DNA of 24,483 nt. Origin: Ginkgo biloba. Lineage: Eukaryota; Plantae; Ginkgophyta. The DNA is taken from positions 137,560,428 through 137,584,910 of the forward strand of contig JANKJI020000004.1 in the NCBI GenBank assembly GCA_024626585.2, written 5' to 3'. Under the pieces are notes generated by a model, which saw only the letters and a list, made by a program, of their open reading frames with translations, was not told the origin of the DNA and did no database searches. Position numbers and translations under genes: made by a program. Below are positions 1 to 11,690 of this stretch, piece after piece (within the stretch, counting starts at the first letter, position 1; each line of letters opens with the position of its first letter).

Positions 1-479
1 AAATGAGAAAATTCAATTGAAATTAAAAGAATAAATTGAAGGGAAATTCCTTCAAAATGATGGCATAATTGTTTAAATTTAGGACAACAAGAAATATAAT
101 GAAGGAATTGAAGTTGTAGTCTATCATAAGTCTAAAATTATAGTAATTTAGCATGTAGAAAAAGGTATAGCATGATCAAAATATGTAGAATAGTGTACCC
201 ATTCACTTGTCATCTTTAGAAGAGAATAAATTAACATGCATTCAACTCAAGGCTATAGTGGCATGAACACCAAAGGTGACCTCATTGTGCAAACTAATCA
301 ATTAGTTCAATAAATGATGGTTTCAGATGATAAATTTTAGACAAAATAGTCAAAATTACATTCCTATCCTTGTCTCCCTTAGATGAAAACATCAAGGAAA
401 TGATGAAGAGTTTGGTGCTACCTGCTTACAAACCTCAAAAGTGTTGATTTTAGTCCTCAATCCTTAGTTGGCCTTTCAT
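1..479 (-). mobile_element. Possible PPT and start of a 3' LTR running off the window's left edge
   Basis: The minus strand reads AAGGGAGACAAGGATAGGAA (380-361) immediately followed by TGTAAT at 360. Confidence 0.4.
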
Positions 480-1799
480 NNNNNNNNNNNNNNNNNNNNN
501 NNNNNNNNNNNNNNNNNNNNNTAATTATTTTTATAGGAATCTAGGTTCTAGGCTTTGATCGATCCACCCCTATGAGTCGTCAAATATTGAGCCCAATTTT
601 AGCCTCAACTAAGATATCATCTAACATGGACTTGGTTGACCGACTTTCATGTTTTAAATGTATTAATAGAACACTTATTCCCCTTTATTGCATATCCAAC
701 ATTATTGTGACTAGCACTTCATGTGCCTGNNNNNNNNNNTAATGTAGTTTCATAAAAAATAATTGATGTAATTAAGTGGCATAGTTAATTAGAGTGCACT
801 CATAAAACTCAATATACATATAATGGTTATAAAATGTAAAAAAATAATATTGTGAAAGGTTAAATACAGTCATAAATCGGTGAAAAGGAACAAGTTGGAT
901 TTAAAAATATGAAAAAAAATCAATTATTTTGTTAACTGTGTTTGTTTATGATAGCTTGTAAGTCTATGATAGCTTTCTAGAATTCTCTAGAAGTTGCAAC
1001 TTGCATATTTATGGAGAAAGAGGATGAAATTTAGGAGAAGATTTTGGGAGGATAAGGACCTCCTTAAAAGAAGTGTGTTTATTTAAGAGAAATTGAGAGA
1101 GTCTTGCAAAGAACCTTGAAGATTTTCTAATCATCTGCAAGGATTTTTAACCTGGGAGATCACTGTGAGAAGAAAATTTTGCGCCNNNNNNNNNNNNNNN
1201 NNNNNNNNNNNNNNNNNNNNNNNNNNNNNNNNNNNNNNNNNNNNNNNNNNNNNNNNNNNNNNNNNNNNNNNNNNNNNNNNNNNNNCCACCTCTTTTAGAA
1301 TTCATGACATAATAATATAAGAGGTGAGGTCATCCATCCTCAACCTATCCATGACTAAACCCTATTAATGCCTAGAGATACATCATAGAAAACTATGTTT
1401 CCCATGCTTCCATGTGTAGATTGATGTATTATTATATATAATAGAATGGCCTACATTCTATTTATATTAATATTTCTAGTTATCTCATCAAAAATTGACA
1501 TTTTCATTTCAAAACTTAATTTGATGAAAAATGCATGAATAGTATAATTTATATTTGATCTAGGGTATTTTGCAAATAATTGGTCTATGTCTATGTTGTT
1601 GAAATTAAGATTAACTAATGTTGTAATTATAGAAGTTGAGCAGTAATAATTCTCTATCCCATATATTTTTCTAGTAATGTTAGTTAACAAGGCTACTAGA
1701 GCCATTCATGATCTAGTTTATTTCAATTATATGTAAATAAGTGGAAGATTTTGGTTGTGTAATTGATATTTTATGGTTGGGTTCCTTTCTTTTATGTAT

Positions 1800-2552
1800 A
1801 ATTACTTATTAGAACTAATAGAAATTCAATTAGGAGAGGTACTTTATATGGCTCAAAGGTGGAATTGTTTCATTCATGGTCAACAAAGTATATTGAACTA
1901 TCGTGATTCATTCTTCATATTGGACTTCCCATTTCTTGTATTTTTGTCGAAGGGAAGCAATACCCATACCAACAAACTAAGTGAATAAATTTTGAAGGAG
2001 TGGATTAATCAATCCACTCTTAGAGCCTACCCAACTATTCTAAGAATGGGTTTGTTTTGATGTTTCCACTAAGTATTGATAGATACTATCTCCTTATGGA
2101 ATTAAATATTGGTTGGGTTTCTGATTATGAGAACAATCCTCCATGTGGAGGGAATGTTTCAATACCTCATCTTTACGAGATATTTTTCTATAGATGTTTT
2201 ATGCAGGATACCATAAGCATTCCTTTGTATATCTCTATCCTCAGGGATGGTTTGGAGGAGATTATTTTTTAGTAACTGGTTTGCATACAGGTGGATATGC
2301 ATGCATGTGATATATTTGAGAGAGCAATGTCTTCTACACATATGGTTAAAGGATGATAGTCATTGGAGGAGGTTTGTCCATAGTGACCAATTTTCATGCA
2401 GGTGGATATACATGCATGTGGAATATGTGAGAGGGCAACATATTTTGCACATATGGCCAAAGGATGGTAGTCATTGGAGGAGGTTTGTCCTTAGTGATCA
2501 ATTTATATGCAAGTGGATATCCATGCATGTGACATATATGAGAGAGTGACAT
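1800..2552 (+). mobile_element. Possible 3' end of a Gypsy-like element (decayed pol end, PPT, LTR start)
   Basis: Weak chromodomain-like remnant RTNRNSIR/RYFIWLKG at about 1810-1860, and purine run GGAGGGAA (2147-2154) followed by TGTT at 2155. Confidence 0.3.
2247..2552. repeat. 111-bp tandem repeat, about 2.8 copies, running into a gap
   Basis: (g/a)gtggatat.catgcatgtg occurs at 2290, 2401 and 2512; aaaggatg.tagtcattggaggaggtttgtcc is repeated 111 nt apart. Confidence 0.9.
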
Positions 2553-2652
2553 NNNNNNNNNNNNNNNNNNNNNNNNNNNNNNNNNNNNNNNNNNNNNNNN
2601 NNNNNNNNNNNNNNNNNNNNNNNNNNNNNNNNNNNNNNNNNNNNNNNNNNNN

Positions 2653-5600
2653 GATAGAATCTCATTATTTGCGTATGAAATTTGGTAAGGCTATTAACAA
2701 CTCCATTTAGAGTTGTGACCATTCCTTAGTCACCTCTATGATGAACTTGAGATAGGTGTTGGTTATGCTCTTAATGGATGACGCGTTTGGTTCATCCTAA
2801 TTGACTTCCTCCTTTATTTTCTTAATATTTCTTCATAGATTATTTCCTATGTAATCACCCTTTTCTATGTCAACTCAAATTGCTTNNNNNNNNNNNNNNN
2901 NNNNNNNNNNNNNNNNNNNNNNNNNNNAGGCTTGCTTTCACTATGCAATGAATTTTGTTAGATTGTCATCCTTATCCATCTTATCACTAAGCTTGTCTAT
3001 GTTCACTTTTATTTTCTCAATTTCCTTTAAGGCTCCTTATACTATCTTTAGGTGTCTGGCAAAGTATTGGGAAGAGATGGACACTTATTCCACCATCAAT
3101 GCAAGGGTGGATTTATATGAGGAATAAGTTGTACATAATTCATTTACCCGTTATTTGTCTCTCTTTGACTTCTTTGTGTATTCCCTATGCTTGTGTTCAT
3201 ATTATTGCTTGAATTTCCTCAACTTATCTATCTTTGACTATAGATATCTGGTATGTATCCATAGTTGCAATTTATTATCATATTTCCATTGAATTATATC
3301 TCTAAGTACATTAATGACCTTGTCCTCATCAATATTGTTAGACAGATCAATGTCATTAATAACTATATGCCTTATAAACTAAAGGAGATCATTAATCTCT
3401 TATAGGGTCTCCTATGATTTCTTCTCATACATAGCCACCTGCTCAAAATGTGCTATATTTTCTTCTTACATAACCCTCTAAGTCTATATAAATGTTTTTT
3501 TTATAGAATATATGTGATAATGGTGACTCCACTCAATGATTGTTCCCTTACTACCTCTATTAGAATTACTAGTGACTTGTTTATTTCTATGAATTTGAGG
3601 ATCTCCCATCCCATTAGCCTTCGTTTGAGTGCTCTCTCTAGTTCTTTATCAGAAGAGAAAGTACTACCCTCATTTGTCTTTTTTCTTCCTTCCTCACTCT
3701 GCCCCATTATCTATTAAGTTTCTCCCTATATCAAAGTTTCCTCATGTATTAGTGTTTTCAACCTCCTTCTAAGCACTAGGCTGTCCTCCCTTATGCTTCT
3801 CCCTCTCATAAAATTGAGAGAATTTTTTCATTGGTCCCAATGGGTTGGATGACATCGATTCATTGTGATATGGTTGTATCGACATCTACTACATCCTTAG
3901 TGTCTTTATTGATACCTACTCTTATTGTGGGGTTGATGTCATCATAGTATCCCTCGTTAGTGTTGTCTTATTCCATTGGTTCCTTGGTATAGTCTGCTCC
4001 TCGATGGATTTAGATTTCTCCTTCCCTTAGTTCCCCTCTAAATTAGTCATAGTTAGAGATGATTTACCATGTGTTTGCTATTTCATATTTTCCTTCACTC
4101 CTTCATCAATGTTTGTTTCTTCATTATCTCCTTCTTATGTTTGCTTCCTCTTCTTTCTACTCAAGTGTTACTATTTTTCCTCCTCCTCCTCATCATTCAA
4201 GGATGATGATTGCTACTCCATTTTCTTTTTATTTCTCTTCCCTGATGTCTTTATGAATGATGCCTTCGATTGAATGAGTATTGGTTCTAGGAGTAGGATG
4301 CTTGGCACCTCAAGTAGTGCCTAACTTGTCTATCAAAGATGTTCCTCCTTTAACATATCCCAAGTGGTAATAAATGGAAGAATTCTACAACCCTTCTTGA
4401 ACCCTTGATACCTAATCTTGGTGCTATCGAGTACCAAAAGTAACTAAATGGATTGATTATCGCCCTATTAGTATTGTGAGTTAAACCCTCTTTGCAACCT
4501 CATTGTCATGCATGCTCTCTTATATAGCCCATCCTAACATTCATTCAACATCTTATCATACTTCTCCTTTACTTGTTATGGTTGGCATCGATAGTATTTC
4601 TAAAAGGACCTAGCCCTTGGTGTTTTGTCCATGGTACCTAGTGGTGGATACTTCAACATGACTAGTGAAATCAATAAATTTGGCATATGAAATGGCATAC
4701 CTTTTTATAAGGAGCTCTTGATGGATTCGTGCAAATTCTCTTTAATAAACTTAGCCCAAGGGTATTAGATACCCTGGTCAATGATAATCTTAATCATCCT
4801 AAACTAACTTTTTAGAAAGTTAGCTATTTTTCTTGAACTGTAAAACTAAGTGATGAAGAGTTTTGCTACCCATCTTCTTGTCGGGTTGGTGATCTTGTTG
4901 ATGACTATTCATTTAGAGTTGATGATGAGTTTGTTTCCATCTCCCAAATTGATTCTGATTTCATCATCCCAAGTCTTCTTCATCATCCCCATGGTAATAT
5001 TAATGTCCCTTTGTGGTTATGAGGGAAATCCTATTAAGATTTTAATTTGGTCCATATAAATATTAATAATGCTGTTGATCCAAATTTTCTCATTGTGGTA
5101 TTTTTCCAACAAAACCCTAGTGAACTTAAATTATTCTATAAAATAGGAATTTTCTGTGATCTATAATATTCCAAATTTCTTGAGATTATATGCATCCTTG
5201 GTGATGTGTATTGTTCCACCTATAGGTTCCATTTTGCCATCAAACCAATGCCCATATGCCCATGTTTAAAACTAGTTCAATATCACCTTATCCCACTCTT
5301 GCGATTCAAATTTGGTTCAAAGAAACTTCTCTCAATGACTATCTCCTACTTTAAAATACTTAGTGTGCTTTATTTGCGGATACATCTATGTGTGCTTCCA
5401 CCATATTTTTTTGGTTTTATCTATTTCTTAATACAACACTTCCAATAGGGTTTCTTGAGTTCTTGATTCTTCACGTTCTTGGACTTTATCTTATTCTTCT
5501 ACTATAACTCGATCCTCCTAGTGTTAGAAAGAATCCTAAAATAATAAGTTTGATTTTCATAAATATTTTTTGAATAATTTATCAGCCTCATAATCCATAT

Positions 5601-6599
5601 ATAAACTTTTAAAATTGAACTCGTCTTTTGAAAGGTTTGAGATAGATAGTTGGGTAGTTGAGATGCACATCACTACATTAATTGCAACTTCATCATTATA
5701 TTTTATTTCTCTCTCTTCCTCTTTTTGTCATATCTATTTGTCATTTTGTTAATATTCTTGTCAATCAACCTTTCTATGCCATTGTTAACCATCATCTTAT
5801 TATTTTTTCTTCACTTATCAGTTACTTGCACCTTGTCATATTTCTTTCTTAAATTCAAGGTGTTGTTATCATTTTTTATCTGAATATCTCTTGTTACTTC
5901 TAAGTGGTTGCAATTTGGCTTTGCTTTCTAATTATTGTGCCTAAGTAAGGTCAACGTCTTCTTCCTCTTCCATCCCGGTCTTCTAGGAATGATAATCATT
6001 CTTTAATTGGTGGACATTACTGTGGCCTCTATTTTAATACCAATGCCATCCTTTATCGTATTTCTTTGTCACTGATATTTATCCTTAGAGGATGTGTTGT
6101 AGCTTCTAACATTCTTTTAGTATATCATTCATCTGGATGCTTAAGTTGAATGATTTTTTCTTTCTCTAATAGTTTTATGGTAGACATATTATCTTTGGAT
6201 TTTTGGCGTTGCTTTTACTAATAATATAGGCTTCACCTTTTATACTTTCCTCTATTCTAGTTGACTTCTTCTTATCATGCCAATTATCAACATTTATATA
6301 ATGGTCCTGTATGTCATTCTTTGCAATTTATATTAGTCTTGTGACCCTTATCAGTGTCATATTTCTTGGATTGCCTTGTGTTAGCATTGATTTAATACCT
6401 TATATCCTATACCTTGTGACTCACTAGGTTATTATTCTTATTATTTCCATTTGTCGTCAATAATATTTGTTGATTATCAATGATTTATTGACAGACTTCC
6501 ATATCTTATTTAAAAGATAAGTAGTGCTTTAGTTTTTCATGGTGTGTGCAATTATATAACTTTTGTATTTTTTTTTCAAGTATAAAATATTTTTAACCT
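2653..6599 (-). mobile_element. Decayed LTR-retroelement internal region: Copia-type gag remnant followed by a long extra ORF (plant-mobile-domain-like plus coiled coil)
   Basis: About 6130-6030 reads SYNTSSKD...QRNTIKDGIG (cf. Copia gag FNKSS..L..Q+..DK.GLGY), with zinc-knuckle remnants near 5940-5900 and 5680-5650. One frame from 5160 to 4621 reads FTRVLLEKYHNEKIWINSIINI...LIGFP...I*YPWAKFIKENLHESIKSSL*KGMPFHMPNLLISLVMLKYPP, like the extra ORF of gymnosperm LTR elements. Charged, coiled-coil-like coding continues to about 2660. Confidence 0.6.
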
Positions 6600-7248
6600 N
6601 NNNNNNNNNNNNNNNNNNNNNNNNNNNNNNNNNNNNNNNNNNNNNNNNNNNNNNNNNNNNNNNNNNNNNNNNNNNNNNNNNNNNNNNNNNNNNNNNNNNT
6701 TTATTTCTCATAGGTACTTAGGGAGTCTTCCCCATATGTCCCAATCCATCTAATCTATCAAGTCACCCTTATAAGACTCATGTCATCACCCTCCTGCAGA
6801 TGTGTTAACCCATAAATGAGCCTCCTCCTTCTCATAATATTATTTATAAGGAATTAAGTGAATAATATTCCATATATAGAAGGAGATTAGAGTAACTAAG
6901 GTAATATATGGTAGTAGAATCCATCAAAATCCACAGACTGCTTGGAAATTCTCTAAAAATCACACTCTATAAATGTTTTTGAGCCTTGAAAATGACATAC
7001 AAGAGAAGTTACTAATACAATTTGTTATGATCCTAGGTTGGTTAAGTTTTCCATTACTTAATAATGGATCAATATATTTGGAACAATAGGGCCATTATTC
7101 CCTTGAGTTGTCCATGGCCTAATTCAACTAGAGAATAACATAGGGAGAAAGATGTGGAAGGACACTAGATAGAGAAAGCTATTTGAGACCTTAGTTTTTT
7201 AGGAATTGATGAATATAGTATTCTCTTTGTGAGGACCCCAACCACCAA

Positions 7249-7900
7249 GGACCCAAACTTTAGTTAAATACAGTTAAGAGAAATACTGAGGCCTCACGAT
7301 AAGTATTAAAGTCATAGACCTAAATTAAGATTATGTATAAATGAATAAAGTTTGGGTTTCAAATTTCAAGGAAATTATAAGTAGGATATGGATTAAATTA
7401 TGTTCTTATTTCCTTGTAGACCCAAGCCTAGGAATAAAGAGTAGTTGATTGGGGATTCACATTTAGACTTTACAAATGAAAATATTTGGGCTCTCGAGTT
7501 CTTGGGGGGCTCTTGAGTTTTGGGGGTTCAAAGGTTGGTATTGATATTTTTCTCACCCAAAAGCTCCTAAGTCACATGGACCTAACATAAGATAAGTCAT
7601 AGTTGATGAAAGATTTCATTCTATGGAGGTTCAGGCAATTTAAGTGGATATACCCTTCAAAAGTCCCAAAGTCTCATGGACCCAAAATATTAATTTAATG
7701 AAGTTGATAATCCTCAATGTTAAAATACAAGGCCTCACACTCTACCTTTTTCAAGATAATGATGCAAAGACCAAAAAGGAGATTATGTGAAAATTAATGA
7801 AGTTTGAATTTTGGAGTTTGGGGAAGTCTGGTAAGTAGAGATAAGGATTAGGCATTCGCCTTTGAAAATATTGAATTAACCAAAATCCTAAAATAAGTAA
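7249..7900. repeat. Old diverged direct duplication (about 430-450 bp spacing)
   Basis: Collinear motifs ggacccaaa, aaatac..ggcctcac, agattatgt.aa, aagtttg, taagtag and ggatta occur at about 7249-7450 and 7678-7900, with a further partial copy aagtc.catggacc at about 7570. Confidence 0.55.
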
Positions 7901-8528
7901 TTAAAAAGGTGGTGTGTCATGTTGGCATGCATACTATCAGACTGTGTCCTATCACAACTCATCAATGATATTTGATACAATATACAATCATTTAACATAA
8001 TAATCCTTTCATACACCTCATATCCAAAGGATAATGCTCGCATATAAATCTAAAAGGATGCCACTATTTCCATCCAACCTGAGTATACATAGAATCTCAA
8101 ACCTAGTCTCCATATTTGTTATGGGACTTTAAGTGTATCTATNNNNNNNNNNNNNNNNNNNNNNNNNNNNNNNNNNNNNNNNNNNNNNNNNNNNNNNNNN
8201 NNNNNNNNNNNNNNNNNNNNNNNNNNNNNNNNNNNNNNNNNNTTACTTGTTAAATCTTCAGTTATTCACAACTACAAATTCACAACATTCATTCCATTAA
8301 AACTACAATATGTAATTCCATTCACTTCAATAAATTACATCACACCATTCATATCAAAATATAGAGACCAAGGATAAAATCAATCATTCATTCATTTAAT
8401 CTCACCCATTATGGTAAATTAATACAACATAATATATTTATAGGAATCAATTTCCACCATTTCCTAAAATAGAATATTTTATCCTAAATTAATAATATTC
8501 TTTCTTACATCCAAAATTTTATATTTAA

Positions 8529-8552
8529 AAACTAAACTAAACTAAACTAAAC
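8529..8552. repeat. (AAACT)4 microsatellite plus a partial unit
   Basis: Read directly from the sequence. Confidence 0.9.
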
Positions 8553-8974
8553 AAAAATCAACTATATACAAATACCCTTAATAATGTTGTATAGTAAGTC
8601 TTAGTTAAAACATAAATCGCCATAGGAAGTTGGTTGTTGCCAACCACTAACTAGAATTTTATATACATTTACAACTATAAATAAAGAAAATAGGCAAATT
8701 TTCTCCCAAGTTCAAGGAGATATTTGAAGGTATTAGATCTAAATTTGGTGAGTATTAGATGGAAGGATCCCCATCTGTCACCATGACTATCTACCAATTA
8801 GATAATATGTTATTTCTTATTTTCTTTTATACTATAGATAGAAGGCTATGTTACGGAGTTATTTTATTTTAGTTGTTAGTAATTTCTCTTATTTTCAAAG
8901 AATAATTTAGAGGCAATAGAAATTCTATTTTTTCAATCCACCGTTTAAATCTCAAACCCAAGTTGAGAAAGACA

Positions 8975-9516
8975 GCAGTTAGAAATACAACAAAGCCTTT
9001 TAATTCATTTTAAATAAAACATCGTAAACCACAAGGTCAAAATTAATTTATTACACGACATTTGTGTGCACCAGATTCAGCTGCATATTTGACATACTTG
9101 GTGACAATTTCAAAATATCTTCCAAACTGCAAATGCTACTAGCACAGAGTTCAAACAATGCTAACTTGTGCTTCTTCCTTATGTAATTTTATGCAAGCCT
9201 CTTTATTAGGATGCCTAAAAAATACTATTAAGTATAGTTACACATTTGCCAAGAATTAACTACATATACTAACTGGAACAGACAAACCAATGAGGCATGT
9301 TTTAGCTGCCTAAACAATTGGGAAATGCAAAGAAGCCTTTTAGTTCATTTTAGTAGAACTCAACCACAGGCTCAATGTTAATTTATTGCAACAGATTTGT
9401 GTGCACTAGATGCAGCTGCATAGTTGACATACTTGGTGATAATTTCAAAATATTTCCCTAACTGGAAATGCCACTAGCACAAGGTTCAAACTATGCTAAC
9501 TTATGCATCTTCTTTG
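8975..9516. repeat. Tandem duplication, about 200-nt shared core, period about 335-340 bp
   Basis: aagcctttta.ttcatttta...atttgtgtgcac.agat.cagctgcata.ttgacatacttggtga.aatttcaaaatat...tgctaactt occurs at about 8993-9180 and 9333-9516. The second copy runs into a gap. Confidence 0.85.
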
Positions 9517-9616
9517 NNNNNNNNNNNNNNNNNNNNNNNNNNNNNNNNNNNNNNNNNNNNNNNNNNNNNNNNNNNNNNNNNNNNNNNNNNNNNNNNNNNN
9601 NNNNNNNNNNNNNNNN

Positions 9617-11405
9617 GTATAAAGGGATCACATGCAATTCTAATATGTGGAGATAAAATAAATTTGTAATATTTAAAAAATATATATAAATGTATGTATT
9701 TTGGCCATAAAATATTATCACCACTAGATCATAAATGTTAAAGTTGAATCAAAAACTAATTTTATATTACTATTAAAACTAGAGATGATCCTCATATTAT
9801 GCCACCTATTGATTGATTTAGGAAGTATTAATCNNNNNNNNNNNNNNNNNNNNNNNNNNNNNNNNNNNNNNNNNNNNNNNNNNNNNNNNNNNNNNNNNNN
9901 NNNNNNNNNNNNNNNNNAACTCCCACATTAGAAATGTATAAAAGTGATACATTTGTTAGATCTTAAGAACACTTTTAAATATATTGTAGATTCACTATGG
10001 AAACATATTAGAGGAAAATAAAAATATACATTAGAATAAATAAGAGACATACATATTTATAATCTAAAAATAACTTGTGGCCAAAAAGGCATGAGGATGG
10101 AGGAGATACATATCATCCTATTCCATAGATATTGAGTAGGAATAAATTTGAAAGAGTTAAATATATGATATATTCAAGAAAAACCCCCATAAAATATTTG
10201 TCATTATTAAGAAGGGAATTTGCTACTTATGGACATCTCACTAGCCTTGAATTGCATGATTATCACAATCTTTTAAAGGTAATTGAACTAATGTACTATA
10301 AGATAAATTATCAACTAATTGAAGTTTTCATTTAGACATTTTAAAATTAAAATTTAACAAATTTCACTTGTATATAATAGTATAAACTCCCATTAGTTAT
10401 TCAAGTTTTCTTAATAGATGACATATGATAGGATTTATGCACATTATCATAATTTATAAGGTAACATTTATAAAATAATAAAATCCTCATGTAAATAGAT
10501 TTATTTGATTTTGCTAATGGCATATTATGAAATTGTTATATGTATTTATTTTATTTTGTTGAAAATTTCTTAATAATATACAATTTAATTTATATGAAAT
10601 GTGTATAACATTAAAATATATCCATGCAAGTACTATATCCTAATGGAAGAAATAAATTATTTAAAATTATTTTCATATTGGAGAAAGAATTCCCTACTAG
10701 TTTCATGTATACATAATCCTATCTACTACTACATTTGGTTGATGATATTAAGTTAGTAGGTTTTTTATCTTGTACATATAATTCATTACTATATATTTTC
10801 ATGAAGACATGGAAGGTATTTGTAAGACAAATAGCACATCCAAAATGTTCAATGGTCAAATAATATATTGTTTATGAATATTTATTTTCTCTCATATAAT
10901 TTCTAAATTAAATTCATCTATATGCACCCGGTATGTGAGATGATGACCGCAATTCTAAGTTCTTGAAAGGAAAAGTCCTTCAAAATAAAGGGGTTGAAAA
11001 AAATTGTGTTTGTGAATTTTATGCCAATAATGTCATGATTATTCATAATTAATTGCTTTATTATTTCCTTAATATGCTTCATATCTATTTCATTTATATA
11101 TAATACTTAAGGGTGTTTTTGTGACTAGGTGCTAAAGAATGGGATTAAATTAATAAATCCGTTCTTTTCAACTTAATAAGTACTAAGAAATGGATGGATA
11201 TATGATGAAACAATAAATAAAGTTCTGGAAGCAAGATATTGATTGAAGAGATCAAATGTTAGAAACATTCCTATTTTAGAAGGTTACGAGGTGATTGGCC
11301 TAAGATTACATATTGGCATGGGTAAAAAAGGATATTTATAATAATATGGATGATCCAAGTGTAAGTGAATATGAGATCAATATAATATGTGGATGTAACA
11401 AAATG
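9617..11405 (+). mobile_element. Decayed CACTA/En-Spm (TnpD/Tnp2) transposase with DUF4218-like region and remnant introns
   Basis: Fragments IHLLDL.NTFK/IVDSLWKHIRG; P*ILSR...KTPIKY...GHLTSLELHDYHNLLK (cf. GLKSHDYH); LEKEFPTSFMYT*SYLLLHLVDDIKLVG; and FMKTWKVFVRQIAHPKCSMVK*Y (cf. FMKTLKGFVRQRA.PEGSMAEGY). The left boundary is uncertain and no TIRs were found. Confidence 0.85.
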
Positions 11406-11529
11406 GTAAATGAATTTATTTATATGTATNNNNNNNNNNNNNNNNNNNNNNNNNNNNNNNNNNNNNNNNNNNNNNNNNNNNNNNNNNNNNNNNNNNNNNN
11501 NNNNNNNNNNNNNNNNNNNNNNNNNNNNN

Positions 11530-11690
11530 AGAAATAGAGATTCAATTGTGTTCATTTTAGAAATAAAAGTTAAGCGCAAATTCTATCTTCCAAAAGGATT
11601 GGTGGAGTAGGTTTCTTGCCTCCTTCATCATAGAAAGTGTACGACCCCTAGAATGATATTTTAATGGTAGATTGTGAATACAACCAGCCA
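11530..11690 (+). mobile_element. Possible L1 endonuclease N-terminal fragment
   Basis: DSIVFILEIKV (cf. DIVFLQETK) followed in another frame by IGGVGFL. It is short and cut off by the LTR at 11693. Confidence 0.3.

Noticed and set aside
740-1185. LTR-like AT-rich then purine-rich segment
   Set aside because: Both ends lie in gaps, and there is no terminus, PBS, PPT or second copy to support a call.
1998-2019. Perfect 9-bp hairpin GAGTGGATT-aatc-AATCCACTC
   Set aside because: About one such stem is expected by chance in 24 kb of AT-rich DNA, and it has no supporting context.
2247-2552. CRISPR-like appearance of regularly spaced motifs
   Set aside because: The whole 111-bp unit is repeated with no unique spacers, there are no cas genes, and the context is eukaryotic.
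2653-6599. Endogenous pararetrovirus (caulimovirid) hypothesis
   Set aside because: No movement protein, RT or RNase H motifs were seen; the motifs fit LTR-element gag plus an extra ORF better.
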